From Candidatus Kapaibacterium sp. (GTDB lineage Bacteria > Bacteroidota > Ignavibacteria > Kapaibacteriales > UBA2268): a stretch of DNA of 64,000 bases. Below the pieces are notes generated by a model. It made no database searches and was not told the DNA's origin. It saw only the letters and a program-made list of their open reading frames with translations. Position numbers and translations under genes: made by a program. Location of the stretch: NCBI GenBank assembly GCA_963664875.1, contig OY761611.1, positions 1,344,001 to 1,408,000 on the forward strand, read 5' to 3'. Of this stretch, positions 1-10,491 are shown piece by piece (the stretch's first letter is position 1; each line of letters starts with the position of its first letter).

Positions 1-433
1 AACAAGGTCTTATCATATGTTCAGACTCTGCTTGACCACCAAGAACTTCTCCATAACTAGGACGTATGATTGAAAACTTAAAATCAGGATCAATTTGACT
101 GTACTTTTGTTTTGCATTGTCATAGCTACTTGTCATGTCATTGACTGAATATGGTGTGTTCAAAGTAATCAAATTTCCGAAAGGGTAGCCATCCGAGGCA
201 ACTGTCTCTAAGTGAAATTCAAAATACTTGTATGCATAAGCGACTCCGAAATTTGCAGATCCATAACAAGAATCTACTAAAACTGAATCAGGGTTAGAAT
301 AAAAATCTGACCCACCTTCTCCTGGTTCTTCATCAGGACAAATCATCTTAAAACAAGAATCCGGTGGCATTTGAGCAATACTGCCCAAAGAGCTTAGCAC
401 TATTGCAAGTGCAAAAATTAGGAAATGTTTCAT
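1..433 (-). CDS. Secreted hypothetical protein, N-terminal part (runs off the window edge)
   Basis: ATG at 433 preceded by GGAG; reads MKHFLIFALAIVLSSLGSIAQMPPDSC..., a signal-peptide-like start; absent from the ORF track because it is truncated. Confidence 0.7.
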   Translation of the reverse strand, partial: MKHFLIFALAIVLSSLGSIAQMPPDSCFKMICPDEEPGEGGSDFYSNPDSVLVDSCYGSANFGVAYAYKYFEFHLETVASDGYPFGNLITLNTPYSVNDMTSSYDNAKQKYSQIDPDFKFSIIRPSYGEVLGGQAESEHMIRPC

Positions 434-1389
434 TAGAGCTCCAAAATAGTTAGTGAAAAATATTATTGTTACTTAATTTATTTTTCTGCTTATTAGTTAT
501 TGATAGTGAGAAGCGTTCGTAAATACAAGTTAGTTGTAACATGTATTATAAATTTAGACCTGAAGGCACTCAACTTTAATATTATTTAAAATATTGACAA
601 TATCTTACAATATTTATTATATAATTTAATAATTTAACATACAACTACAAAGGTATTAATGTAATCGGAAGAAACATACGTTTAAATACCTAACCGAATA
701 CACTTAGAGAGCAAAAAAACTACCAACCGGCAGGGCGATAACAACTAAATGCATCTAATCAACTTGGTAGATTTACCAATTATTTGAAATGAGTCTTCAT
801 CTTCATAGCCCCTAATTGGTTCGTAGTCAGGTTTTTATTTCGCACAAAGCACCCCACTTTTACTAGCCAAGTTTAATATGTACCATATTTTGCTTCTTTC
901 CTTATATTTTTTCTTGAAGACTTCCCTCGATTCCTTATCTAAAATTCTTAAAGTACACTTGTAGCAGTTTTGGCAAACTTTTGAAACTATGCTATCCGTT
1001 TTTTTATCAACGGAAAGAGTATTAAGAGAGAAGGATATTATAAATAATTAGATTGGGTTGGGTCAATTTAGGGGATAAAAACGAGTCAATTTTCAGAGGG
1101 AAGGTACAAAAATTTTACATCACAAGTGCAAAAACGGTAAACACATTTCTGACATGATGTCATAAAATATAATTTGAGATACACGATTTTTGTCTAAAAC
1201 GAGAGAAAATAAATAGGAATTTAGGTATCAGATTTTACTTCATTTGAGTTCAATATTTTAAATTCCATAGATTTGCTTTTTCGGAAGGCATTTGTAAATC
1301 TGTAAGTAAAGAAATTGAAAATCACAAATTGTCCGTATTTTGATTTTCAATTTTATAACTTATTTATTTTATAGCATTAAAGCGTTTTT

Positions 1390-1410
1390 GTGGAGGTGGC
1401 GGGACTCGAA
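1390..1410 (-). repeat. att core: duplicated 3' end of tmRNA
   Basis: Identical to 51761-51781; reverse complement TTCGAGTCCCGCCACCTCCAC is the T-loop and acceptor end. Confidence 0.93.
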
Positions 1411-1532
1411 TATACTTTTTCTTATTTTACTTTACTTTACCTATTCTTACTACAATACCGCTTATATAGCTGTTTTTCAGCATTTTAAAAATAAACTAAA
1501 TTCAAATGGAGTTAAAAGAAATAAGCAAAATC

Positions 1533-1584
1533 TGTAGAGAATATGTAGAGGATTTGTAGAGAAATTTTTGTACCTTGTGTAGAG
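1533..1584 (+). repeat. TGTAGAG direct repeats, putative integrase arm-type sites
   Basis: Copies at 1533, 1544, 1555 (11-bp period) and 1578; the same motif lies at 51687 and 51698 near the other att site. Confidence 0.7.
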
Positions 1585-1607
1585 GTCAAAATACTGAAGG
1601 TGAAGTA

Positions 1608-2819
1608 GTGAATTATAACTTTTATATAAAAGTAGAAAAGAACGCAAAAACAAAGCATCCTAATTGTATTATACAGCTATATATACGTGACAAGCGTGGA
1701 ACCATCTATTTTAATACTGGTGAAAAAATCGAAGAAAGGTACTGGGATAAAAACAAGCAAGTTGTGAAAAAGTCATATCCTGGTTCAACAGAGTTAAACT
1801 CATATCTGCGTAGCTACAAAGAAGATATAGAAAGAAAAATTCGTACAATTCAAACAGAGAAGCCAAGTATATCTCTTGCTGAACTAAAAAAGATTCTAAA
1901 GACTCCTGTCAAAGAGGCAGAAATAGTTAAAGTTAAATTCTTGGATTTGTTTCAGAAATTCATTGAAGGTAGAAGAACAACGCTAAGTCATGCAACATAT
2001 AAAAAATACAAAACACTCTTCAACCATCTGAAACAGTTTCAGAAAAAATCTAAACTCAAACTGGATGTTGAAACGATTAATGTAGATGTATTAGATCAGC
2101 TACAAAATTACTTCCTAAAACAGGGTCACAATAATAATACTACCTTCAAGCATATTCAAAATCTTCGGACATTTCTGAATTGGGCATTGGAAAGGGATTT
2201 GACTGACAATATAAAATATCAGAAATTTAATCCAATCAAGCGTGCTAATCCCGAAAGTATAGCTCTGACCAAAGAAGAATTAAAACTGATTACTGACTGT
2301 AAAGATTTAACACCAAGTCTTGAAAAAACAAAAGACCTCTTTCTTTTTATGGTTTATACAGGTCAACGGTACTCAGATGCAGTGCAATTTAACAAGGATG
2401 ACGTAAAAAATGATGTCTGGTATTTTAGGCAAAAGAAAACAACAAAGGTTATGAAAATTCCACTTAGTCGCCCAGCATTGGCAATTTTAGAAAAGTATAA
2501 TTACCAATTGCCAGTAATGAGCAACCAAAAAATGAATGCTAATCTAAAGTTTTTGGGAGAAAAGGCTGGTCTCAATGAAATCGTATCACAAGTCAAATAC
2601 AACGGTGCAAATCAAACAGTTGAAAGATACCCTAAATACAAACTACTTACAAGCCATGTTGCACGTCGAACATTTGTGTCTTTAGCAGCTTATGGCGGAA
2701 TAAGTCAACAAGTTATCAAATCATTTACGGGGCATAGCACAGATAGAATGGTATCTCAGTATTTTATTGAAAATCCGATGCAAGCCATAGATTCTATAAA
2801 TAATATATTTGAGAATTAA
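1608..2819 (+). CDS. Tyrosine recombinase/integrase (arm-binding, SAM-like and catalytic domains)
   Basis: Catalytic motifs TGQRYSD, QKKT, SHVARRTF, TGH and terminal Y; likely GTG start at 1608 (ORF track starts at 1575). Confidence 0.95.
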   Translation: MNYNFYIKVEKNAKTKHPNCIIQLYIRDKRGTIYFNTGEKIEERYWDKNKQVVKKSYPGSTELNSYLRSYKEDIERKIRTIQTEKPSISLAELKKILKTPVKEAEIVKVKFLDLFQKFIEGRRTTLSHATYKKYKTLFNHLKQFQKKSKLKLDVETINVDVLDQLQNYFLKQGHNNNTTFKHIQNLRTFLNWALERDLTDNIKYQKFNPIKRANPESIALTKEELKLITDCKDLTPSLEKTKDLFLFMVYTGQRYSDAVQFNKDDVKNDVWYFRQKKTTKVMKIPLSRPALAILEKYNYQLPVMSNQKMNANLKFLGEKAGLNEIVSQVKYNGANQTVERYPKYKLLTSHVARRTFVSLAAYGGISQQVIKSFTGHSTDRMVSQYFIENPMQAIDSINNIFEN

Positions 2820-2845
2820 TTCATTATTCCTCCCCTCTTTATACC

Positions 2846-2884
2846 ATCAGGTCAATAGCAAAAAACTACTGACCTGATTTTTTA
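2846..2884. terminator. Hairpin terminator between convergent integrase and hsdM
   Basis: ATCAGGTCA...TGACCTGAT stem followed by a T-tract. Confidence 0.7.
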
Positions 2885-4399
2885 TTTCGATTTTATCGTA
2901 TCCATGATTTCTTTGAATGATGTAAGACCTGATTCAAGATTTTGGATTATCTCCTCAGCCAATTCGTCGGGGTCAGGGAGATTGTCTAAATCTGTTAAGC
3001 TTTTGTCTTTTAACCAAAAGATATCAAGATTTGTTTTATCTCTTGCTAATATTTCTTCGTAGGTAAATTTTCGCCAACGCCCTTCGGGATTATCTTCACT
3101 CCATGTTTCTACTCGTTTGTTGCGGTTATCAGGATTGTAACATTTTACAAAGTCTTCTAAGTCTGCTGTTGTTAAAGGCTTTTTCTTCAAGGTATGATGT
3201 ACATTAGTTCGGTAGTCATATATCCATACTTCTTTTGTGTGAGCTTCTTTGCTTGCTGCTCGATTATCAAAGAAAAGAACATTTGCTTTTACGCCATGTG
3301 CATAGAATACACCTGTAGGCAATCTTAGGATTGTGTGTAAATCAGTTGTAAGCATTAATTGCTTGCGGACTTCTTCTCCTGCCCCACCTTCAAACAAAAC
3401 ATTATCAGGTAGGACTACAGCTGCTTTTCCTGTTGTCTTTAGCATTGATTTTATATGCTGAAGAAAGTTAAGCTGTTTGTTCGAAGTTGTTTCCCAAAAA
3501 TCCTGTCTGTTATAACTTAAATCTACTTTTTCAGCTTCATCATCTTCGTTTGTTACAGTATAGGAGCTTTTTTTACCGAATGGCGGATTTGCCAAAACAT
3601 AATCATAAGTTTTACTATCCGGTGCAACCAAAGCGTCATTAGGCGAAATAAACGGGTCGCTTGCTATGTCGCCTATATTATGTAGATAGAGATTCATCAG
3701 ACACAATCTACGTGTATTGGCTACAATTTCATTTCCGAAGAAGGTATCGTTCTTGAGGAATTCCTTTTCTTCTTTATCAAGCTGATTGTTTGCAATTATC
3801 CAATCATAAGCTGCAAGGAAAAATCCTCCCGTACCACATGCAGGATCTGCTATTGTTGCTTTGGGTTTAGGTTGAATGCACGCCACCATTGTTTTAATCA
3901 ATGCACGGGGAGTAAAATACTGACCTGCTCCTGATTTAGTATCTTCTGCATTTTTTTCAAGTAAGCCTTCGTAAATTTTACCTTTTATATCCGCACCCAT
4001 CAAAGTCCAATTTTCTTTGTTTATCATTGTGATAATTCGGGACAGCTTTGCGGGATCCTGTATCTTATTTTGGCTTTTGGTGAATATCTGACCTAACATT
4101 CCTTTTTCGGTGCTTAAGCTACGCAGCATCTGCGAATAAAATGATTCTAACTCCGCACCTCTTTTGCTTGAAAGTGTTTCCCAGTCGCAGATTTCTCCGT
4201 CTGTAATCTCATTGCCTTCGGTATCTTTCATCCGTGGAAATTGCAGTCCTTTAAAGTAAGGAGGTTTGTTCATTTCGTCTGCCATCTTAAGGAATAACAG
4301 ATAAGTTATTTGCTCAAGATAGTCGCCATAACTAACGCCATCGTCTCTTAGAACCCCTGCGAGATTCCATATTTTTGATATAATTGCTGAATCTGACAT
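2882..4399 (-). CDS. hsdM: Type I restriction-modification methyltransferase subunit M
   Basis: GQYFTPR, DPACGTGG (SAM-binding) and NPPF (m6A) motifs; likely start MSDSAIISKIW (ORF track 4426). Confidence 0.95.
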   Translation of the reverse strand: MSDSAIISKIWNLAGVLRDDGVSYGDYLEQITYLLFLKMADEMNKPPYFKGLQFPRMKDTEGNEITDGEICDWETLSSKRGAELESFYSQMLRSLSTEKGMLGQIFTKSQNKIQDPAKLSRIITMINKENWTLMGADIKGKIYEGLLEKNAEDTKSGAGQYFTPRALIKTMVACIQPKPKATIADPACGTGGFFLAAYDWIIANNQLDKEEKEFLKNDTFFGNEIVANTRRLCLMNLYLHNIGDIASDPFISPNDALVAPDSKTYDYVLANPPFGKKSSYTVTNEDDEAEKVDLSYNRQDFWETTSNKQLNFLQHIKSMLKTTGKAAVVLPDNVLFEGGAGEEVRKQLMLTTDLHTILRLPTGVFYAHGVKANVLFFDNRAASKEAHTKEVWIYDYRTNVHHTLKKKPLTTADLEDFVKCYNPDNRNKRVETWSEDNPEGRWRKFTYEEILARDKTNLDIFWLKDKSLTDLDNLPDPDELAEEIIQNLESGLTSFKEIMDTIKSK

Positions 4400-4406
4400 A
4401 TTTATT

Positions 4407-5153
4407 CTATTTTTTGTGATTATCAATATTATTTACTTCATCTGTTTCAAGAAATGATACTTCCCGATACATTATAGTCAATCCTTTCCCTTTGATCGTT
4501 GCTTTATATGTATCATAACCTAAATGGGTAGCTTCTATTCGTCTGATGAATGTATAAAAATCTTTTTTGTTATCGCAACCCTTTTCAAAATCATACTCCT
4601 TGGTTTTGAATACAAGAATTAGCAATACATCTAAATCTAAATCTGATTGCGTTCCAACTGTTGAATAAAGCATCTGATAACGCAAAGTAAAATCTTCTTC
4701 TTTTACTTCTTTCAGATTTACCTTCAATAGATTTTCTATTCTTTCAGGAGCATTGGTATTATTACCGTTTAATTCCTTTACCTTAGCTCTTTGGTAAACT
4801 GTTGCAACTGTGTCGCCAAACGGCTCATCAACTTTTGCTTCGAGACCAATAAAGATTGATTGCTTTGATTCTGTTTTACCCCAAATAGCTAAGTCATGTT
4901 CCCTGCCATGACCGAATTCATCAAATCTAACTTCGAATTCGGGTTCTGCCTTTTCTAAAGTAACTTTGGTATTAAGTACATTTGAGAGCATTGATTCTAA
5001 TTCTGCAGCTCCATTACGATTTAAAATAAAATCCGCAAGTGAATATGCACTTCTGTTTTCTTTCCAATGTCTTCCTTTCTTGCCACTTCCGAATGCAGCT
5101 TTCTGCCAATCATCCATGGTCTTAATTTCTGTGTTTCTATATTCGATTTTCAT
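4407..5153 (-). CDS. Putative PD-(D/E)xK nuclease-fold protein (DUF6946-like)
   Basis: HDLAIWG...IGLEAKVDEPFG resembles a D...ExK nuclease core. Confidence 0.55.
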   Translation of the reverse strand: MKIEYRNTEIKTMDDWQKAAFGSGKKGRHWKENRSAYSLADFILNRNGAAELESMLSNVLNTKVTLEKAEPEFEVRFDEFGHGREHDLAIWGKTESKQSIFIGLEAKVDEPFGDTVATVYQRAKVKELNGNNTNAPERIENLLKVNLKEVKEEDFTLRYQMLYSTVGTQSDLDLDVLLILVFKTKEYDFEKGCDNKKDFYTFIRRIEATHLGYDTYKATIKGKGLTIMYREVSFLETDEVNNIDNHKK

Positions 5154-5174
5154 TAGTTTTCCAATAGATTATTA

Positions 5175-6158
5175 TTATCTGTTTCTATTTAAGATGCTAA
5201 TTACTAATTTTTTCACAGCATTTGCTTCATCAGATTTGCTAATTGCAATAAATAAAGTCAAAGCGGCAAGGGTATTATTATCAATAATTAGAGAACCATC
5301 TTTTTTCAGTAACATATTGTTGCGTTTAAGGAAGTAAACAAAGCAAGCTGCGGCTATTCTCTTATTCCCATCCACAAAAGAATGATTTTTAACAATAAAA
5401 TAAAGTAGATTAGCTGCCTTTTCTTCTATTGTTGGATACAAATCATTACCTGCAAAACCTTGAGCAATTTGGTTAATTGCACTTACAAAACTTCCATCTT
5501 TTTGAAGAGCAAAAACAGTAGATTCAAAATCTGAATACATCTCCTGAATCAAGTGCATATAATCATTATACGATGGGTAAATAGTTTCTTTTTGAGATTC
5601 ACCTGCTATATCTAATGCCTCGTTGTCATAATCATCAAGTAGTGCTAATCCGTTCGAAAACAACTTAAAGACTTCATTATTTTCTTTATTGGCTTCTTCC
5701 TCAATCACTCTACTTACAATTCGAATGCCTGTTTTTAGATATTCTATTTCCTGCTGTTTTTGAGCTAAACGCTTTTCATTTAATGCATATCCTTGGACTA
5801 AATAATCTTTTAATCGTTGAGTTGCCCATTGACGAAATTGTGTACCTCTTTGTGATTTTACCCGATACCCAACAGAAATAATAACATCAAGATTATAATA
5901 GTCAACTTTTTTGTTCTGAGTTTTACCCTCTATCGCACCATGTTGAGTGGTATGTGCAAATTTTGCACATACCATATCCTTATCCAACTCACCTTCTTTA
6001 AAGATATTTGAAATATGCCTGCTTATTACCGTCCTATCTCTTTGAAAAAGATCTGAAAGTTGTTCACGACTCAACCAAACAGACTCGTTTTCAAATTGAA
6101 CATGTATTTCAGTATGAGTATCATTAATTTTGTAGATTTCTATTTTCTTCCCCATCAC
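5175..6158 (-). CDS. RhuM/Fic-DOC family protein
   Basis: N-terminal YNLDVIISVGYRVKSQRGTQFRQWAT (RhuM) and C-terminal Fic motif HSFVDGNKR. Confidence 0.9.
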   Translation of the reverse strand: MMGKKIEIYKINDTHTEIHVQFENESVWLSREQLSDLFQRDRTVISRHISNIFKEGELDKDMVCAKFAHTTQHGAIEGKTQNKKVDYYNLDVIISVGYRVKSQRGTQFRQWATQRLKDYLVQGYALNEKRLAQKQQEIEYLKTGIRIVSRVIEEEANKENNEVFKLFSNGLALLDDYDNEALDIAGESQKETIYPSYNDYMHLIQEMYSDFESTVFALQKDGSFVSAINQIAQGFAGNDLYPTIEEKAANLLYFIVKNHSFVDGNKRIAAACFVYFLKRNNMLLKKDGSLIIDNNTLAALTLFIAISKSDEANAVKKLVISILNRNR

Positions 6159-7642
6159 TTCTCCTTCTTAATTCTTTCCAAGAGGATGCTTGCAGGTTCG
6201 TAGTCGGGGGCTTTTTTGCATTCGGCTATTTCAGATTCGGAGAGAAGCTCTCCTTCAAATGCTTTTTTTAGTATTCTTTGGCGAAGTGCTTCTGCTTTTT
6301 CTAAAGATTCTTCTATTGTTTTTTCCACCTGATCGCATACTGAAAGTCGTGATTCTATTTCTTTGACTATTTGGTACTGCTCTTGGAGGGAGCAGATTAC
6401 AGTTTTAGATTTATTCAATTTCTCTAAAGTCAATCTCGTTATAGCAACACCTGCAATATTACTTAGCATTCTTTTACGAGTCACTTCAGAATTTAAAAAA
6501 TAGGCTACAAATTTAGGTGTTATATATTTTTGATTAAATCTGAAAACTCCAACGCTTGAAAGCAATGAAAACTCCTCTTTCAAAGTATTTACAGTCGCGA
6601 TACCTGTTGTAGCTCCGTCCTTAATATATAGTATATCACCTTCTCTCACATCTGCTCTTGCAAAGATTGAATGATGGTCTTCGGCAGAGACATATGTAAT
6701 ATTTGATAAATTAATTCCATTTTCTTTGATGTTTTTAGCTGTTATGTACTTAAAATCACCGTGAGCAAAACTTTTAGGAGAAAAATGAGTTCCATCAAAA
6801 ATTCTATCCGCAATTATGCCGAATGTATACCATTCCCAATTTTTTGGAATTGATGGTAATAATAGTATATCTTCTTCTGGCACGGAATCTTTTTTAATAT
6901 TATTCTTCGGCTTTGCAGGTTTCTTGCCTTCTTTTCCATTTTCTTCCCATTCTTTTACTGCTATTTTCCAATCAGATAGTTGTTTTTCGTAATATTTTTT
7001 ACGTTCTTCTTTTATCTGTTCAAGAAGTTCTTCTGCTGTAGGTAGATCTGTTTGCTTCTCTCTCCACTCTTTAGTCAACTCCCCCTCAAAAGCCTTTTTG
7101 AGGACAGACTGGCGGTAAATTTTAAGTTGATCTTGGGCTTTTTTTAAATCTTCTATGCCTTTATCAAGCGAAGTAAACAGATTTTCTATTTTTGTTACTA
7201 TGGCACGTTGGATTGGTAGCGGAGGGACTTTTAGAGGTAATCGTTTTAAAGCACTTTGTGTTAACTTCAATCTTGTTGTGCCAGTTACATATTCCCTTAG
7301 TTGCATTTGATTCAAATAATGTAATAAAAAATCATTGTTAAAATGAGAATTCAAGATATGAGCATGATTATTTACCCATGTTTTACCTGCTATTTTGTAA
7401 GCAACATTTCTTGTCATATCTAAAAATGGAGCACCATCTTCGCCTATAACTATAAACTCGCCATCTGTTAAATAATCATCAATAAAGCCAACCTGACCTG
7501 TCGCTCCAAAGTATGGATATAAATCTACTTGCGATTTACCTTCAATACGTTTTCTTCTTTCTGTCGCATTTATTGGTTTCCTTAAATTATCCAATATTGA
7601 ACAGACTTGTTCTAGTTTACACTCTATCCAATCTTCTTTCAT
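6155..7642 (-). CDS. hsdS: Type I restriction-modification specificity subunit S
   Basis: Two TRDs with conserved PPLPIQRAIV...LKKAFEGEL and EQYQIV...LKKAFEGEL regions; likely start MKEDW (ORF track 7660). Confidence 0.93.
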   Translation of the reverse strand: MKEDWIECKLEQVCSILDNLRKPINATERRKRIEGKSQVDLYPYFGATGQVGFIDDYLTDGEFIVIGEDGAPFLDMTRNVAYKIAGKTWVNNHAHILNSHFNNDFLLHYLNQMQLREYVTGTTRLKLTQSALKRLPLKVPPLPIQRAIVTKIENLFTSLDKGIEDLKKAQDQLKIYRQSVLKKAFEGELTKEWREKQTDLPTAEELLEQIKEERKKYYEKQLSDWKIAVKEWEENGKEGKKPAKPKNNIKKDSVPEEDILLLPSIPKNWEWYTFGIIADRIFDGTHFSPKSFAHGDFKYITAKNIKENGINLSNITYVSAEDHHSIFARADVREGDILYIKDGATTGIATVNTLKEEFSLLSSVGVFRFNQKYITPKFVAYFLNSEVTRKRMLSNIAGVAITRLTLEKLNKSKTVICSLQEQYQIVKEIESRLSVCDQVEKTIEESLEKAEALRQRILKKAFEGELLSESEIAECKKAPDYEPASILLERIKKEK

Positions 7643-7643
7643 C

Positions 7644-8906
7644 TTATTTTCCTTTCCCAATTTTCTCTAAAAGACCTAACATATTCCCTGGCATAGTAGG
7701 TGAGGATTCGTCTTTGAGCAATCCTGAATCTGCACGGCTAAATAGAGATTGTAATACTATCTCTCTTTCTCTATCACTCACAGCAGAATCTTTATGTAAT
7801 GCTAAGAAAAGATAGGTTAACTGTTCCTTCTCCTCAGCATCGCGAGCCAAGTGAAAAGCACTCAACGTAAGTTTACTCAAATGTTTAATCCCAAAAGCAA
7901 GCAAAGATACAAAAGTTATAAATGTAATCGACCATTTGATTGCAGTACCAGTTTCTTTGAAGATTCCTTCCATTATTCCATTAGATAAACAGAATAAAAC
8001 CCCGACTGCCAATACTATTCCACCAATGGAAACACCCTTTAACCATTTATTATGTTTATCACCTTCAGCTTTCAACGTGTCTGCTCTTTGTTTCCAATAG
8101 GCGGCAGGTTCTTTAAGCTTAAGAAGATTTTCGTAAGTATCTTTTAAATCCGTGATTTCTTGTTTTGATTTGGCATACCAGTCATCAAATGATTTTTCTT
8201 TTTCAGTTTTAACATCTTCAATCTTTTGAGCATACTTTTCACCATCTTTAGTAGCTTTATCCAAAACACCTTTGAGATGAGCTTCCGATTCAGTAAGATA
8301 ATTTGAAAAATCATTTCTAAGTTTACTCAAAGAAGATTTTTCACTATCATATCTTTTGGTAATTTCAGTATAATCACGTTGGATGAATTCGTATGCGATA
8401 ATATATGCTATGAAATTTTTCGGAGTATTTGGTGGGTTTATATTCCCATTTCTTTCAAAAGAAATTAAAAAATCAAATACTTCTTGATTGTATTTTGGTT
8501 GCTCTTTGTGTAGTTTAATCAAAAACTCCGTTTCGGGACGGTCATATGTTATTATTTTACGTCGTGTATTATTGTCTGTATAATTTGCAAAATGATTAAT
8601 CCATTGTTTGCTTAGCTCTTGTTTATCAATTTCTTTAGAAATATTGAGAAATTGGATAAGATGCTCATGAAATCTTTTAAAATATGAAAATGAAGGATCT
8701 AAATTAGAAGGTAATTCTCCTAAACTCTCCCAACCTTTTTTTTGTTGTGACGCATAAGTGTATATAGCAATAAAACCGACTTGATTGCAAGTAAGCATAG
8801 GAAAATCAGGAAACTTCCAATCAATTGAAACAGAATCAAACCATTCAGGATATTGGGTTTCTTTTATTTTGGCAAGGAGTTCTTTTTTAGTCATAGTAGT
8901 AGCCAT
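7644..8906 (-). CDS. Coiled-coil protein with two C-terminal TM helices (DUF6161-like)
   Basis: Long coiled coil, two hydrophobic segments and a C-terminal DAEEKEQL...LQSLFSRADSGLLK...PTMP motif. Confidence 0.6.
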   Translation of the reverse strand: MATTMTKKELLAKIKETQYPEWFDSVSIDWKFPDFPMLTCNQVGFIAIYTYASQQKKGWESLGELPSNLDPSFSYFKRFHEHLIQFLNISKEIDKQELSKQWINHFANYTDNNTRRKIITYDRPETEFLIKLHKEQPKYNQEVFDFLISFERNGNINPPNTPKNFIAYIIAYEFIQRDYTEITKRYDSEKSSLSKLRNDFSNYLTESEAHLKGVLDKATKDGEKYAQKIEDVKTEKEKSFDDWYAKSKQEITDLKDTYENLLKLKEPAAYWKQRADTLKAEGDKHNKWLKGVSIGGIVLAVGVLFCLSNGIMEGIFKETGTAIKWSITFITFVSLLAFGIKHLSKLTLSAFHLARDAEEKEQLTYLFLALHKDSAVSDREREIVLQSLFSRADSGLLKDESSPTMPGNMLGLLEKIGKGK

Positions 8907-8968
8907 GGGTACATTATAATTATAGTTTTGATTTGTGTTGCATTTGGTTGATTTGGAGTTGGTGTCTT

Positions 8969-10438
8969 TTACTCTTCTTCTTCTTCTTCAGTTTCATTTA
9001 TTACTGATCCAAGTAACAGAAGCAATTTATTAGAATCTAAATTTAAGTCAAGCGATAATAACTTTCTATCTAATTTCCACTTTCTTCCGTACCATTTTTC
9101 AATTTTCAACAATTCTATATCTTTCTCATTAAATTCAGCATGCCCCATTACATCAGTTCCAAACAATCGACAAACATTGTTGACTACATATTCTATTTCT
9201 GCAAATGCTACGTAATCGAATCTTATTCCTCGGTTGTTTAAGAAATAGGAATATTGAATATCATCTATTTGGTGAACTTCCATCATATTAAAATAGGAAA
9301 AGTACTTTTTGCTCAAGTATCTATGCATTATCTTATCTTCCAAATCACCTTCTGTAATGTAACTGTTCTCTAATGGGATAACTTCAACATCTTGCTTCAA
9401 TTGATTTATAAAATCACCGATATTTGCAAAATTTACACCCAAGTTTTGATATTCCTCTAAAAATTCATCCCACCCCATCACTTTAGTATGAAAACCAAAT
9501 AGGTTATAAAGAAATTTTGATTTTTTTTGCAAACCTTTATCTTCAGAAATCAAATAATCGCAATGAATTGCATAAAATGAATGAACTGCATCTTGTATCA
9601 TATTTGCGAATCTTACCTTACTGTTCTTTTCTCCATCAATCCCAAAAACATTCAAATACAGGTATGTCAATGTATATTGGATATAAAAATTATCTGCCAA
9701 AGGTATTTTAGAAATTGAACTAAAAGATTCTTCAACTACTTCATAAAAAGATCTTCCAATTTGAGTAAGCTTAAATTTGTCATCAAAGTCAATATCATCC
9801 ATATTTATTTGCAACTTTTTGATTTGATTCTCTTCCATGCCAAGTCTGCGGGCAAGTCCATATAGCTTTTCGTCATCATAAAATTTGTCCGCAATACTAT
9901 TGGTAAGTTTTACCCAATCAGATTGTTCATATTCTCTATTTTCTATACCAAGCTTGTTTATATAATCTACCATGTCAGCTGACGGATTTGTTGGTAAGTT
10001 TGAAATAACATATTTCTCGGGTATGTTTGTTATCATTTCGTTTAGAGCAATAGCACTATCTAAAATGACAGAGTACTGTCCAAAAAAAGGTAATTCTTTA
10101 AGTGCTGAAATCATATCTGAATTGAAATCTATATCAACTTGGCTTCTGCTATTAGAACCAATTGCTTCAACATTTTTAAATTTCACAAGAGGAAGTATTT
10201 TACTCATTGAAACATTTTGATTTTGAATATCAAAATACAAAAAATGATTTGTGAATTTACCAATATATGTTAGCTCTTCATACTTAATATCAGTTTTATC
10301 TTGCTTTAAATCATCTAAATGTGCAGGAGAATAAAGGAAAAACAATCTATCATCAGATAATAGATTCTCTTCGATCATTTTATCTTTTTGTTTTTTCAAA
10401 TTCGAAAAAATGTTCTTGTCAAAGTAGATTCTATACAC
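8969..10438 (-). CDS. Hypothetical protein with PIN-like nuclease motifs
   Basis: 489-aa ORF; N-terminal IYFDKNIF and internal DAVH...HCDYLISEDKGL follow the PIN-fold acidic residue pattern. Confidence 0.55.
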   Translation of the reverse strand: MYRIYFDKNIFSNLKKQKDKMIEENLLSDDRLFFLYSPAHLDDLKQDKTDIKYEELTYIGKFTNHFLYFDIQNQNVSMSKILPLVKFKNVEAIGSNSRSQVDIDFNSDMISALKELPFFGQYSVILDSAIALNEMITNIPEKYVISNLPTNPSADMVDYINKLGIENREYEQSDWVKLTNSIADKFYDDEKLYGLARRLGMEENQIKKLQINMDDIDFDDKFKLTQIGRSFYEVVEESFSSISKIPLADNFYIQYTLTYLYLNVFGIDGEKNSKVRFANMIQDAVHSFYAIHCDYLISEDKGLQKKSKFLYNLFGFHTKVMGWDEFLEEYQNLGVNFANIGDFINQLKQDVEVIPLENSYITEGDLEDKIMHRYLSKKYFSYFNMMEVHQIDDIQYSYFLNNRGIRFDYVAFAEIEYVVNNVCRLFGTDVMGHAEFNEKDIELLKIEKWYGRKWKLDRKLLSLDLNLDSNKLLLLLGSVINETEEEEEE

Positions 10439-10491
10439 ATAACCCTCTTTTGTCTTTGAAACAATAAACTGATTTTTACATTACCATACCC

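Noticed and set aside
1390-1410. tRNA gene near the integrase
   Set aside because: Only 21 bp; it is the duplicated tmRNA 3' end
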